Assembly (NCBI RefSeq): GCF_000621645.1 | Contig: NZ_JHXR01000009.1 | Coordinates: forward strand, 120,001 to 152,000 | Direction of reading: 5' to 3' | Source of the DNA: Vibrio cholerae ATCC 14035 | GTDB taxonomy: Bacteria > Pseudomonadota > Gammaproteobacteria > Enterobacterales > Vibrionaceae | Length of the DNA stretch: 32,000 bases | Shown here: piece after piece, positions 8,537-16,754 of the stretch | How positions within the stretch are numbered: the stretch's first letter is position 1 | How the letters are laid out: each line of letters opens with the position of its first letter | Position numbers and translations under genes: made by a program | Notes under the pieces: model-generated | The model's database searches: none | Told to the model about the DNA's origin: nothing | What the model saw: only the letters and a program-made list of their open reading frames with translations

Positions 8537-9616
8537 ATGAAAATAATTCGTTACACCGCTTGGTTGGCTCACTTACTGTTGATCGCAGGATGCAGTGAAC
8601 CCACGAAGCTTGAACGCGATACGCTACCGCGAGTAAAGGTGGCGCAGGCAGGTGAAAAAGTCAGTGATAAGCTCTTTTTTCCTGCGGTGGCCAATGCGGC
8701 TGAACGTTCTCATTTGAGTTTTCGAGTGGCAGGTGAAATCAGTAAGTTCCATGTCAAAGAGGGCGCTCGCGTTAAGCAAGGCGACATCTTGGCTGAAATT
8801 GAGCCGACCGATTACCGTTTGGCTGTCGATAATGCTCAAGCACGATTTTCCGTGATTGATAGCCAATATCGGCGTTCACAACCACTGGTCGAAAAAGGCT
8901 TATTAGCCAAATCACAGTTTGACGAAATTGCTGCGCAGCGCCAAATCGCTCGTGCTGAGCTTGAGTTGGCGAAACTTCGTCTCTCCTTCACCCAATTACG
9001 CGCACCAATGGATGGCATCATCTCGCGTGTCAGCGCTGAGCAGTTTGAAAGTGTTCAGGTTGGCCAACAAATCGTCAATATTCACAATATCGATAGCGTT
9101 GAAGTTTTGATTCAACTGCCTGATCGCCTGTATGCGACACAACCGACGGCCAGCGAGTTGGCGAAGATAGAAACCGTGGTGCGTGTCCCAAGTGGTCAAG
9201 TTTATCCCGCACGTATCAAAGAATTCACCACTGAGCCAGACCCTGCCACGGGGACATTTACTGTCACCCTTTCTCTGCCCATGCCAGAGCAAGAACTGAT
9301 CTTGGATGGCATGGCTGTTGAAGTGAGTGCCAAAGGGCAACATGTCGGGCTAAACCCACTCAACACCATCAGTATTCCGATTGAGGCGATTTTTAATGCC
9401 GACGGTGATGAGTTAGACAAAACTGCTCAATATGTTTGGTTGCTCAACAACGACAATACGGTGAGCAAACGTCAGGTGCGGTTAGCGAAAGCGTCACGCA
9501 GCCATGTTCAAGTCAGTGAAGGAATTAACGCGGGAGATCGTTTAGTGGTCGCTGGCGTTGCAAGATTGAGAGATGGAATGAAAGTACAAATCCTTGAGGA
9601 GCGTGGCCATGAGTGA
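8537..9616 (+). CDS. vexJ: RND efflux membrane-fusion protein 2 (HlyD/AcrA family lipoprotein)
   Basis: The ATG at 8537 lies 1 nt after the vexI stop and gives MKIIRYTAWLAHLLLIAGC, which has a lipobox. MFP motifs are present (GARVKQGDILAEIEPTDY, FTQLRAPMDGII). The ORF-track start at 8507 lies inside vexI. Confidence 0.8.
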   Translation: MKIIRYTAWLAHLLLIAGCSEPTKLERDTLPRVKVAQAGEKVSDKLFFPAVANAAERSHLSFRVAGEISKFHVKEGARVKQGDILAEIEPTDYRLAVDNAQARFSVIDSQYRRSQPLVEKGLLAKSQFDEIAAQRQIARAELELAKLRLSFTQLRAPMDGIISRVSAEQFESVQVGQQIVNIHNIDSVEVLIQLPDRLYATQPTASELAKIETVVRVPSGQVYPARIKEFTTEPDPATGTFTVTLSLPMPEQELILDGMAVEVSAKGQHVGLNPLNTISIPIEAIFNADGDELDKTAQYVWLLNNDNTVSKRQVRLAKASRSHVQVSEGINAGDRLVVAGVARLRDGMKVQILEERGHE

Positions 9617-12600
9617 ACAGAAGCAGACCCCGCCAGAGAATTATGAGAACCAAGGTGTTGCCGCTTACTTCATCAATAATCGCGTGATCAGTTGGATGGT
9701 TTCGCTGATTTTTTTGATTGGAGGGACGGCCGCATTTTTTAATTTAGGACGTTTGGAAGACCCCGCTTTTACCATTAAAGATGCCATGGTGGTGACCTCT
9801 TATCCGGGTGCAACTCCTCAGCAAGTGGAAGAGGAAGTGACTTATCCGCTGGAAAAAGCGATTCAGCAATTAACCTATGTTGATGAGGTGAATTCGATTT
9901 CGAGCCGTGGTTTATCCCAGATCACGGTGACAATGAAAAACAATTATGGCCCGGATGATTTGCCGCAAATCTGGGATGAGCTGCGGCGTAAAGTGAATGA
10001 TTTAAAAGGCGCTTTACCGCCGGGTGTGAATCCGCCTTTGGTGATCGATGATTTCGGTGATGTGTATGGCATCTTGTTGGCAGTTACTGGCGAAGGTTAC
10101 AGCTACAAAGAGCTACTTGATTATGTGGATTATCTGCGCCGTGAATTGGAGTTAATTGATGGCGTCAGTAAAGTCTCAGTCAGCGGGCAGCAGCAAGAGC
10201 AGGTTTTCATCGAGATCTCGATGAAACGGATCAGCACGCTGGGAATTTCGCCGCAAACCGTCTTCAATCTGCTCTCGACACAAAACTTAGTCTCGGATGC
10301 CGGAGCGATCCGGATCGGCTCTGAGTATATTCGCATTCATCCGACAGGTGAGTTTGACGATGTGGAGAAATTGGGCGACCTGATCCTGAGTGAAAGAGGC
10401 GCACAAGGGCTGATTTATCTACGCGATGTGGCCGAAGTTAAACGTGGCTACGTGGAAGTTCCAAGTAACGTTATCACCTTTAACGGTAAGCTCGCGCTTA
10501 ACGTGGGGGTCTCGTTTGCTCAAGGCGTCAACGTGGTGGAAGTCGGGCAACGCTTCGATCGCCGTTTGGCCGAGCTCAAATATCAACAACCGATCGGGAT
10601 TGATATTGCCGAAGTGTATAGCCAGCCCAAAGAAGTCGATAAATCGGTCAGTGGTTTTGTGGTGAGCCTTGGACAAGCGGTCGCCATCGTTATCATCGTA
10701 TTATTGTTCTTTATGGGGCTGCGCTCGGGGCTGTTGATTGGTCTTATCCTGCTTTTGACTGTACTGGGCACCTTCATTTTCATGCAGTATTTCAAAATCG
10801 ACCTACAGCGTATTTCATTGGGCGCGCTGGTTATCGCTTTAGGGATGTTGGTGGATAATGCGATTGTGGTGGTCGAGGGGATTTTGATTGGCACGCAGAA
10901 AGGCCGAACGCGCTTGCAAGCTGCAACGGACATTGTCACCCAAACCAAATGGCCACTGCTCGGGGCGACAGTGATTGCCGTGACTGCCTTTGCGCCCATT
11001 GGCCTGTCGGAAGATGCAACGGGTGAATACTGTGGAACCTTGTTCACGGTATTGCTTATTTCGCTGATGCTGAGTTGGTTTACGGCCATTTCGCTGACGC
11101 CATTTTTTGCCGATCTGTTCTTCCGTGGTCAGAAAGCGCCAGCCAGCGGTGAAGAAAGCGATCCCTACCAAGGTTTTATCTTTGTGGTCTATCGCCGATT
11201 CCTTGAGTTTTGTATGAGGCGCGCTTGGCTAACGATGGGCGTGTTGGTGCTCGGACTTGCAGCGAGTTTGTATGGCTTTACCAAAGTGAAACAAGCTTTC
11301 TTCCCATCATCGACTACCCCTATGTTTATGGTCGATGTTTGGATGCCTGAAGGGACGGATATTCGAGCGACGGATGCCATTTTATTAGAGCTGGAAAAAT
11401 GGTTGTCGGCTCAAGAAAGTGTCGACAGCGTGACCACTACCGCAGGCAAAGGTCTACAACGCTTCATGCTGACTTACTCACCAGAGAAAAGTTATGCCGC
11501 TTACGGTGAGATCACCACACGGGTTACGGACTACCAACAGCTCGCTGCCTTGATGGCGCGTTTTCGGGCGCACTTAGACGCCCGCTATCCTCAGATTAAC
11601 TACAAGCTGAAACAGATTGAGTTAGGGCCAGGTGGCGGAGCCAAAATTGAAGCGCGCATTGTAGGTTCAGACCCAACGGTACTGCGCAGTATCGCAGCGC
11701 AAGTGATGGATGTGATGTACGCTGACCCCGGTGCCTACAACATCCGCCACGATTGGCGTGAACGCACCAAAGTGTTGGAGCCGCAGTTTAATGAAAGCCA
11801 AGCGCGTCGTTATGGGATCACCAAGGCGGATGTGGATGAGTTTTTAGCCATGTCATTCTCGGGTAAAACCATAGGGGTGTATCGGGATGGCACCACCTTG
11901 ATGCCGATTGTGGCACGTTTGCCGGAAGAAGAGCGGGTGGACATTCGTAATATCGAAGGCATGAAAATCTGGAGCCCAGCACTGAGTGAGTATATTCCAT
12001 TGCAGCAAGTGACTCTTGGTTACGAAATGCGTTGGGAAGATCCGCTGATTGTGCGTAAAAATCGTAAGCGCATGCTGACGGTGATGGCGGACCCAGATTT
12101 GTTAGGCGAAGAAACCGCTGCCACGTTACAACAGCGTTTGCAGCCACAGATTGAAGCCATTCCTTTACCGCCGGGTTATTTCCTTGAATGGGGCGGTGAG
12201 TATGAGTCATCCGGTGATGCTAAAGCTTCTTTGTTTAAAACCATGCCATTGGGTTATTTGTTCATGTTCCTTATCACCGTATTCTTATTTAACTCGGTGA
12301 AGGAGTCGCTGATCGTTTGGCTGACAGTACCTTTGGCGGTGATCGGGGTGACGACAGGTTTGTTGGCGCTGAATACGCCGTTTGGGTTTATGGCCTTGCT
12401 CGGCTTCTTGAGTCTTTCGGGTATGTTACTCAAAAACGGCATTGTGTTACTGGATCAGATCGAAATTGAAATGCACTCCGGCAAAGATCCGTATTTGGCG
12501 GTTGTCGATGCGTCTTTGAGCCGTGTTCGCCCCGTCTGTATGGCGGCGGTCACCACCATACTCGGTATGATCCCATTGCTGCCGGATATTTTCTTCCGGC

Positions 12601-12707
12601 CTATGGCGGTAACCATCATGTTTGGTTTGGGTTTTGCGACCGTACTGACTCTGATTGTCGTGCCGGTACTGTATCGCTTATTCCATCATGTAAAAGTCCC
12701 ACAATAG
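9609..12707 (+). CDS. vexK: RND inner-membrane efflux transporter (AcrB/HAE1 family, about 1030 aa)
   Basis: The ATG at 9609 follows GAGGAG and overlaps the vexJ stop by 8 nt. It has 12-TM RND topology with two large periplasmic loops, and AcrB-family motifs (ALGMLVDNAIVVVE, GFLSLSGMLLKNGIVLLD). Confidence 0.88.
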   Translation: MSEQKQTPPENYENQGVAAYFINNRVISWMVSLIFLIGGTAAFFNLGRLEDPAFTIKDAMVVTSYPGATPQQVEEEVTYPLEKAIQQLTYVDEVNSISSRGLSQITVTMKNNYGPDDLPQIWDELRRKVNDLKGALPPGVNPPLVIDDFGDVYGILLAVTGEGYSYKELLDYVDYLRRELELIDGVSKVSVSGQQQEQVFIEISMKRISTLGISPQTVFNLLSTQNLVSDAGAIRIGSEYIRIHPTGEFDDVEKLGDLILSERGAQGLIYLRDVAEVKRGYVEVPSNVITFNGKLALNVGVSFAQGVNVVEVGQRFDRRLAELKYQQPIGIDIAEVYSQPKEVDKSVSGFVVSLGQAVAIVIIVLLFFMGLRSGLLIGLILLLTVLGTFIFMQYFKIDLQRISLGALVIALGMLVDNAIVVVEGILIGTQKGRTRLQAATDIVTQTKWPLLGATVIAVTAFAPIGLSEDATGEYCGTLFTVLLISLMLSWFTAISLTPFFADLFFRGQKAPASGEESDPYQGFIFVVYRRFLEFCMRRAWLTMGVLVLGLAASLYGFTKVKQAFFPSSTTPMFMVDVWMPEGTDIRATDAILLELEKWLSAQESVDSVTTTAGKGLQRFMLTYSPEKSYAAYGEITTRVTDYQQLAALMARFRAHLDARYPQINYKLKQIELGPGGGAKIEARIVGSDPTVLRSIAAQVMDVMYADPGAYNIRHDWRERTKVLEPQFNESQARRYGITKADVDEFLAMSFSGKTIGVYRDGTTLMPIVARLPEEERVDIRNIEGMKIWSPALSEYIPLQQVTLGYEMRWEDPLIVRKNRKRMLTVMADPDLLGEETAATLQQRLQPQIEAIPLPPGYFLEWGGEYESSGDAKASLFKTMPLGYLFMFLITVFLFNSVKESLIVWLTVPLAVIGVTTGLLALNTPFGFMALLGFLSLSGMLLKNGIVLLDQIEIEMHSGKDPYLAVVDASLSRVRPVCMAAVTTILGMIPLLPDIFFRPMAVTIMFGLGFATVLTLIVVPVLYRLFHHVKVPQ

Positions 12708-12745
12708 CGATAATGTCAGTGAACGCTGATTAGAGACCTTAAAAT

Positions 12746-12767
12746 ACGTGGCTCTTTGGAGCCACGT
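12746..12767 (+). terminator. Hairpin downstream of the RND operon (terminator-like)
   Basis: ACGTGGCTC-TTTG-GAGCCACGT is a perfect 9-bp stem. The downstream U-tract is poor (TGCTCATTG). An A-run lies upstream, so the T-run is on the opposite strand. Confidence 0.45.
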
Positions 12768-12793
12768 TGCTCATTGAATGAAGAAGGATAAGC

Positions 12794-13375
12794 ATGATGA
12801 ATGCGGAACAGGGCGTATGTGCTTGGGCGATGAACCATCCCTTAGAGCGTGAATATCACGATAAAGAGTGGGGCAGAGCTGTGCATGATGATACCAAGCT
12901 ATTCGAGTTTCTTACATTGGAAGGGGCGCAAGCGGGATTAAGCTGGCTCACGGTATTGAAAAAGCGCGAAGGGTATCGCCAAGCCTTTTTAGGTTATGAT
13001 TTACAGCGCCTTGCACAGTGTGATGAAAGCCATGTTGAGCAGATCATTGCCGAGTATGATGTCGTAAAGCATCGCGGCAAAATTGCTTCTGTGTTCTCGA
13101 ATGCGCGAGCCGCCTTGGCGTTACAACAGGAGTTCGGCTCTTTAGATGCCGCGTTGTGGCAATTTGTCGGTGGTCAACCCAAAATCAACCGCTGGGTAAG
13201 CATGAGCGATGTACCCGCCTCAACGGAAGAATCAAAAGCCATGAGCAAATTTCTGAAAAAACGTGGCTTTAAGTTTGTGGGCGAAACAATTTGCTATGCC
13301 TTTATGCAAGCGTGTGGTTTGGTCAACGACCACTTAGTTGGCTGTCCCAATCACTCTAATGCAGACAAGCTCTGA
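12794..13375 (+). CDS. tag: DNA-3-methyladenine glycosylase I
   Basis: 193 aa that aligns with the remembered E. coli Tag (YHDKEWG, LEGAQAGLSWLTVLKKREGYR, HRGKI, RGFKFVGETICYAFMQACGLVNDHLVGC). Confidence 0.92.
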   Translation: MMNAEQGVCAWAMNHPLEREYHDKEWGRAVHDDTKLFEFLTLEGAQAGLSWLTVLKKREGYRQAFLGYDLQRLAQCDESHVEQIIAEYDVVKHRGKIASVFSNARAALALQQEFGSLDAALWQFVGGQPKINRWVSMSDVPASTEESKAMSKFLKKRGFKFVGETICYAFMQACGLVNDHLVGCPNHSNADKL

Positions 13376-13416
13376 TTCACCAAGAGCTGGTTTGGGAAAA
13401 TACAGAAAATCAAAGC

Positions 13417-13441
13417 AAATAGGGGCTGAAGCCCCTATTTT
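13417..13441. terminator. Bidirectional intrinsic terminator between convergent tag and metC
   Basis: AAATAGGGGC-TGAA-GCCCCTATTTT has a GC core stem flanked by an A-run and a T-run, so both strands see a hairpin followed by a U-tract. Confidence 0.8.
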
Positions 13442-13461
13442 GATCATGGAACGAAAAACTG

Positions 13462-14652
13462 CTATGCATGCAGGATTTGGTTGTAGCGCGCAAAACCCGC
13501 TTCCAGATCGGCGATTAAATCTTCGACATCTTCTAACCCGATATGAACCCGGAGTAGAGTGCCGCAGAAGTGAGGGTTTGCGACTGAGCGAAGAGAGGTA
13601 AAGGCTTTGGGTTCGTGGGCTAAGATCAAACTTTCAAATCCACCCCAAGAAAAGCCCATGCTGAAGTGTTGCATGCCATCGAGTAGAGCGGTTGTGGCTT
13701 CTGGATGCGTCGTTTTCAACACAAAAGAGAACAAGCCATTGCCGCCAGTAAAATCACGTTCGAAAAACTCGTGCCCCGGACAGGTCGCTAACGCAGGGTG
13801 GCGAACATGATCGACTTCTGGGCGAGTTTGCAACCACTGGGCAATCTGTAAACTGTTTTGTTCATGCTGGCGTAAACGTACATCGAGGGTGCGCAATCCA
13901 CGCATTGCCATGTACACATCGTCAGGTGAGGCATATTGTCCCATCAAATAGCTGTGTTCACGCAGTTGTGCCCAACACTTCTCATTGGCGACCGCAGTAC
14001 CGAGCATCACATCAGAATGACCGACAATGTATTTGGTCGCTGCTTGAATGGAAATATCGACGCCATGTTCGAAGGGTGAGAACAGTACCCCAGCCGCCCA
14101 AGTGTTATCCAACATGACAACGATGTCGTGCTCGTGAGCGATGCGAGAGAGTGTCGGAATATCCTGCACTTCCATGGTCAGTGAGCCCGGTGATTCGGTA
14201 AACAGAACCTTGGTATTAGGTTGAATCAACTCGCGAATACCTTCGCCAAGCATAGGATCATAATAGGTGGTTGATACACCAAGTTTTTTCAGGACTTTCT
14301 CACAAAAGTCACGGGTGGGTTCGTAACAGGTATCGACCATCAAGATATGGTCACCTTGCGCAACAAAAGAGAGAATCGCGTTGGTGATGGCCGCTGCGCC
14401 ACAAGGGTAGAGCACGCAACCCGCGCCGCCTTCAATCTCAACCATTGCTTCTTGAAACGCGAAGTGAGTTGTGGTGCCACGACGTCCGTAAAACAGGGTT
14501 TTGTTGGCGCGATTGATCGCCGCTTGGTTTTTTTGTGCGACCGTATCAAACACCACAGTAGAAGCGCGTTGTACTGGGGGGTTAACCACGCCAAGTGTCC
14601 ATTTTTTGTTGCGTCCCGCGGTAACGAGGCGGGTCTTTTTACCTTCTGACAT
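13462..14652 (-). CDS. metC: Cystathionine beta-lyase (PLP-dependent)
   Basis: 396 aa, colinear with the remembered E. coli MetC (LFYGRRGTTTHF, GGAGCVLYPCGAAA, NTWAAGVLF, PLP-lysine motif QAATKYIVGHSD, HIGLEDVEDLIADLEAGF). Confidence 0.92.
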   Translation of the reverse strand: MSEGKKTRLVTAGRNKKWTLGVVNPPVQRASTVVFDTVAQKNQAAINRANKTLFYGRRGTTTHFAFQEAMVEIEGGAGCVLYPCGAAAITNAILSFVAQGDHILMVDTCYEPTRDFCEKVLKKLGVSTTYYDPMLGEGIRELIQPNTKVLFTESPGSLTMEVQDIPTLSRIAHEHDIVVMLDNTWAAGVLFSPFEHGVDISIQAATKYIVGHSDVMLGTAVANEKCWAQLREHSYLMGQYASPDDVYMAMRGLRTLDVRLRQHEQNSLQIAQWLQTRPEVDHVRHPALATCPGHEFFERDFTGGNGLFSFVLKTTHPEATTALLDGMQHFSMGFSWGGFESLILAHEPKAFTSLRSVANPHFCGTLLRVHIGLEDVEDLIADLEAGFARYNQILHA

Positions 14653-14732
14653 CTGCTGTCCTTGTCTGACTTTACAAAACGTTATTTAAACCATGGTGCC
14701 GTGCCGGATGGCAACCCCACTCAGTGAGAAAA

Positions 14733-16187
14733 TCACAATAATGGGTTAAAGAGATAAAATACGCGCTCCAAGAATCGGTTGTACCATGGGCGCTGCTCCC
14801 ACTCGGCATAAACGACGGAATGAGACTGATCAATGTACTGCTGCTGCAGCCAATGCATCTGTTGAGTAAATTCCAGATCATCCACTGCGAGTGTAAGCTC
14901 AAAGTTAAGCCATAAGCTGCGCATATCCAGATTCACCGTCCCTACTAAACAGAACTGCTGGTCAATCACGACAGACTTGGTGTGCAACAAACCTCCATCA
15001 AACTCATGGATCTGTACGCCAGCTTCGAGCAATTCGCCGTAAAACGCTCTTGAAGCCCATTGCACCATGAGCGAGTCGTTCTTTTTCGGAATAATAATGT
15101 CGACTTTGATGCCACGTTGCGCCGTCATTTTTAATGTGGCCAGCAAATCTGCGCTTGGCACGAAATAAGGTGTAGTGATGCAGACTGAGCGATTGGCTTG
15201 GTTGATCGCTAACGTCAGCACTTGAGAAATTAAATTCTCAGGCATACCAGGGCCAGAAGGGACAACTTGGATTGGATGCTGAGGCTGATTCGGTTCGAGG
15301 CGGCATTCCGGATTTTTCGGCAACATGCGTGAGCCGGTTTCAAATTCCCAATCCCAGCAATGAATGGCCGAGAGGACATTCACGGTCGGTCCTGTCACTC
15401 GAACCATAATATCGATCCACTGGCCCACGCCTGCATTTTGCTTGAAGTAGGCAGGGTCAACCATATTCATGGAGCCGGTGTAGGCGATTTCATCGTCAAT
15501 CACAATGATTTTGCGATGTTGGCGCAGATCTAGCCGACGTAGGAAGATCCGCCAAGGGCTGACTTCTAACGCTTGTACTACCTCAATTCCGGCATCACGC
15601 ATCATTTTTTCCCAAGGGCTACGGAAAAAACGTGGGCTGCCAGCAGAATCGAGCAACAGTTTGACGTTGACACCGCGTTTTGAGGCTTGAATCACGGCCG
15701 AAGCAACGGCATCGGCTAAACCACCAGGATGCCAGATGTAGAACACCATACGAATTTGAAACTGGGCGCGTTCAATATCATCAATGATGGCGTGCAAGAT
15801 TTCATTCGGAGAGTTGAGTAAAGATAAGGTATTGCCACTGAGTGCGGGTATGCCCATCCGGTTGTTACACAGCTCATCAATTCGTGAGATGTGTGCTCCC
15901 ATCCCTTCTTGTACATGGGCTTGGCAATCATTGAGAGAGCGGAACCAGTGGCCGAAAGGCGTGAACATCTCTTTAGCACGTTCGGCTCTTTTACGGCCGA
16001 GGTTGAGTTCCCCAAACAGGAAATAACAGAGCACCCCCACAAACGGGATGATGTATATCACCATCAACCAAGCTAAAGAAACGCTGACCGCACGTCTTTT
16101 CAAGACAACGCGAATCGTGACACCGGCGACCAAAAGCCAATAGATGCCGATACTGAGCAAAGTGAGGAAGTGATAAACCTTGTCCAT
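14733..16187 (-). CDS. clsA: Cardiolipin synthase A (PLD superfamily)
   Basis: 484 aa with two N-terminal TM helices and two HKD motifs (HRKIIVIDDEIAYTGSMN and LHTKSVVIDQQFCLVGTVNLD). It is colinear with the remembered E. coli ClsA through to the C-terminus ...FYLFNPLL. Confidence 0.92.
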   Translation of the reverse strand: MDKVYHFLTLLSIGIYWLLVAGVTIRVVLKRRAVSVSLAWLMVIYIIPFVGVLCYFLFGELNLGRKRAERAKEMFTPFGHWFRSLNDCQAHVQEGMGAHISRIDELCNNRMGIPALSGNTLSLLNSPNEILHAIIDDIERAQFQIRMVFYIWHPGGLADAVASAVIQASKRGVNVKLLLDSAGSPRFFRSPWEKMMRDAGIEVVQALEVSPWRIFLRRLDLRQHRKIIVIDDEIAYTGSMNMVDPAYFKQNAGVGQWIDIMVRVTGPTVNVLSAIHCWDWEFETGSRMLPKNPECRLEPNQPQHPIQVVPSGPGMPENLISQVLTLAINQANRSVCITTPYFVPSADLLATLKMTAQRGIKVDIIIPKKNDSLMVQWASRAFYGELLEAGVQIHEFDGGLLHTKSVVIDQQFCLVGTVNLDMRSLWLNFELTLAVDDLEFTQQMHWLQQQYIDQSHSVVYAEWEQRPWYNRFLERVFYLFNPLL

Positions 16188-16312
16188 GCCTATCCAATAA
16201 CAAACTGATATTCAAAGGAGATAGTAAAGCGAAAGCATAAGAGAAGGAAGCGAACTGGCCAAATTAATACAATAGTTAGGCTTATCCTGCTTGAAACGGC
16301 AAGTCGTCCGAG

Positions 16313-16510
16313 TATATCCCTTTCCAATTTGAAGCTGCAGCGGTGTTGGCTACGTTCGTTTACCCCAATCACATAGTCTGCCTATGCATGGGGATTATGA
16401 GAGCCATCCTTGGCTCTCACCAGAGGCTAGCCTTCGGCTGTGCAAATTTGTTCCCGACAAATTTGTCACTCACTTGCCGCCTACCTGCAACTTCAAGTCG
16501 TTTGGGTATA
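16313..16510. repeat. ERIC/IRU (enterobacterial repetitive intergenic consensus) element, long form
   Basis: The ends are TATATCCCTTTCCAATTTGAAGCTGCAG... and ...CACTCACTTGCCGCCTACCTGCAACTTCAAGTCGTTTGGGTATA, which are imperfect terminal inverted repeats. The core CGTTTACCCCAATCAC...GGGGATT matches the regions targeted by the ERIC2 and ERIC1R primers as I remember them. Confidence 0.8.
16397..16466. other. 70-bp hairpin-rich insertion inside the ERIC core
   Basis: The sequence between GGGGATT and CACTCACTTGCCGCC is contiguous in the remembered ERIC consensus. The insert contains hairpins GAGAGCCA-TCCT-TGGCTCTC (16399-16418) and CAAATTTGT-TCCCG-ACAAATTTG (16443-16465), and the palindrome GGCTAGCC. 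Confidence 0.5.
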
Positions 16511-16693
16511 GGTAGGATGTTGTTGTTATTAATTTGTAAAAATGAGTGTAAGACGTCAAGCTTTGGATGAAAAACAAACAAACGCACCAGAAATATTACT
16601 GGTGAATAGCAAAATAGACTGTTCGGGCTTCCAATTTTATTCTTGAACTGATTTACTTGCCATACTTACAAAGTTAGTGATGATTTTGTCATG

Positions 16694-16711
16694 TGTAATT
16701 TTATTTTTACA
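16694..16711. promoter_or_regulatory. TyrR-box-like operator upstream of the NSS transporter
   Basis: TGTAAT-TTTATT-TTTACA matches the TyrR box consensus TGTAAA-N6-TTTACA at 11 of 12 positions. It lies immediately upstream of a good -10 hexamer, TACAAT (16714-16719), and 44 bp before the ATG at 16755. Confidence 0.5.
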
Positions 16712-16754
16712 CCTACAATCATAAGCAAACAAACACAATTCATTGGTAGCAAAT

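Noticed and set aside
13338-13601. An 87-aa plus-strand ORF spanning the tag 3' end, the terminator and the metC 3' end
   Set aside because: It crosses a strong bidirectional terminator and is antisense to the well-supported metC.
14653-14732. MetJ boxes upstream of metC
   Set aside because: The best candidates (AGACAAGG and its neighbours) match AGACGTCT at 4 of 8 positions or fewer and are not in tandem. No convincing operator is present.
16535-16552. A second, weak TyrR-like box (TGTAAA-N6-TGTAAG)
   Set aside because: Only 9 of 12 positions match, with a poor right half. It lies about 160 bp from the strong box and directly next to the ERIC end, so I do not count it as support.
16190-16570. 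ORFs of 60 and 75 aa in the cls/NSS intergenic region
   Set aside because: Both are built from the ERIC repeat and its hairpin insertion. Neither has an SD, and the 75-aa ORF reads through palindromes. They are repeat-derived artefacts.
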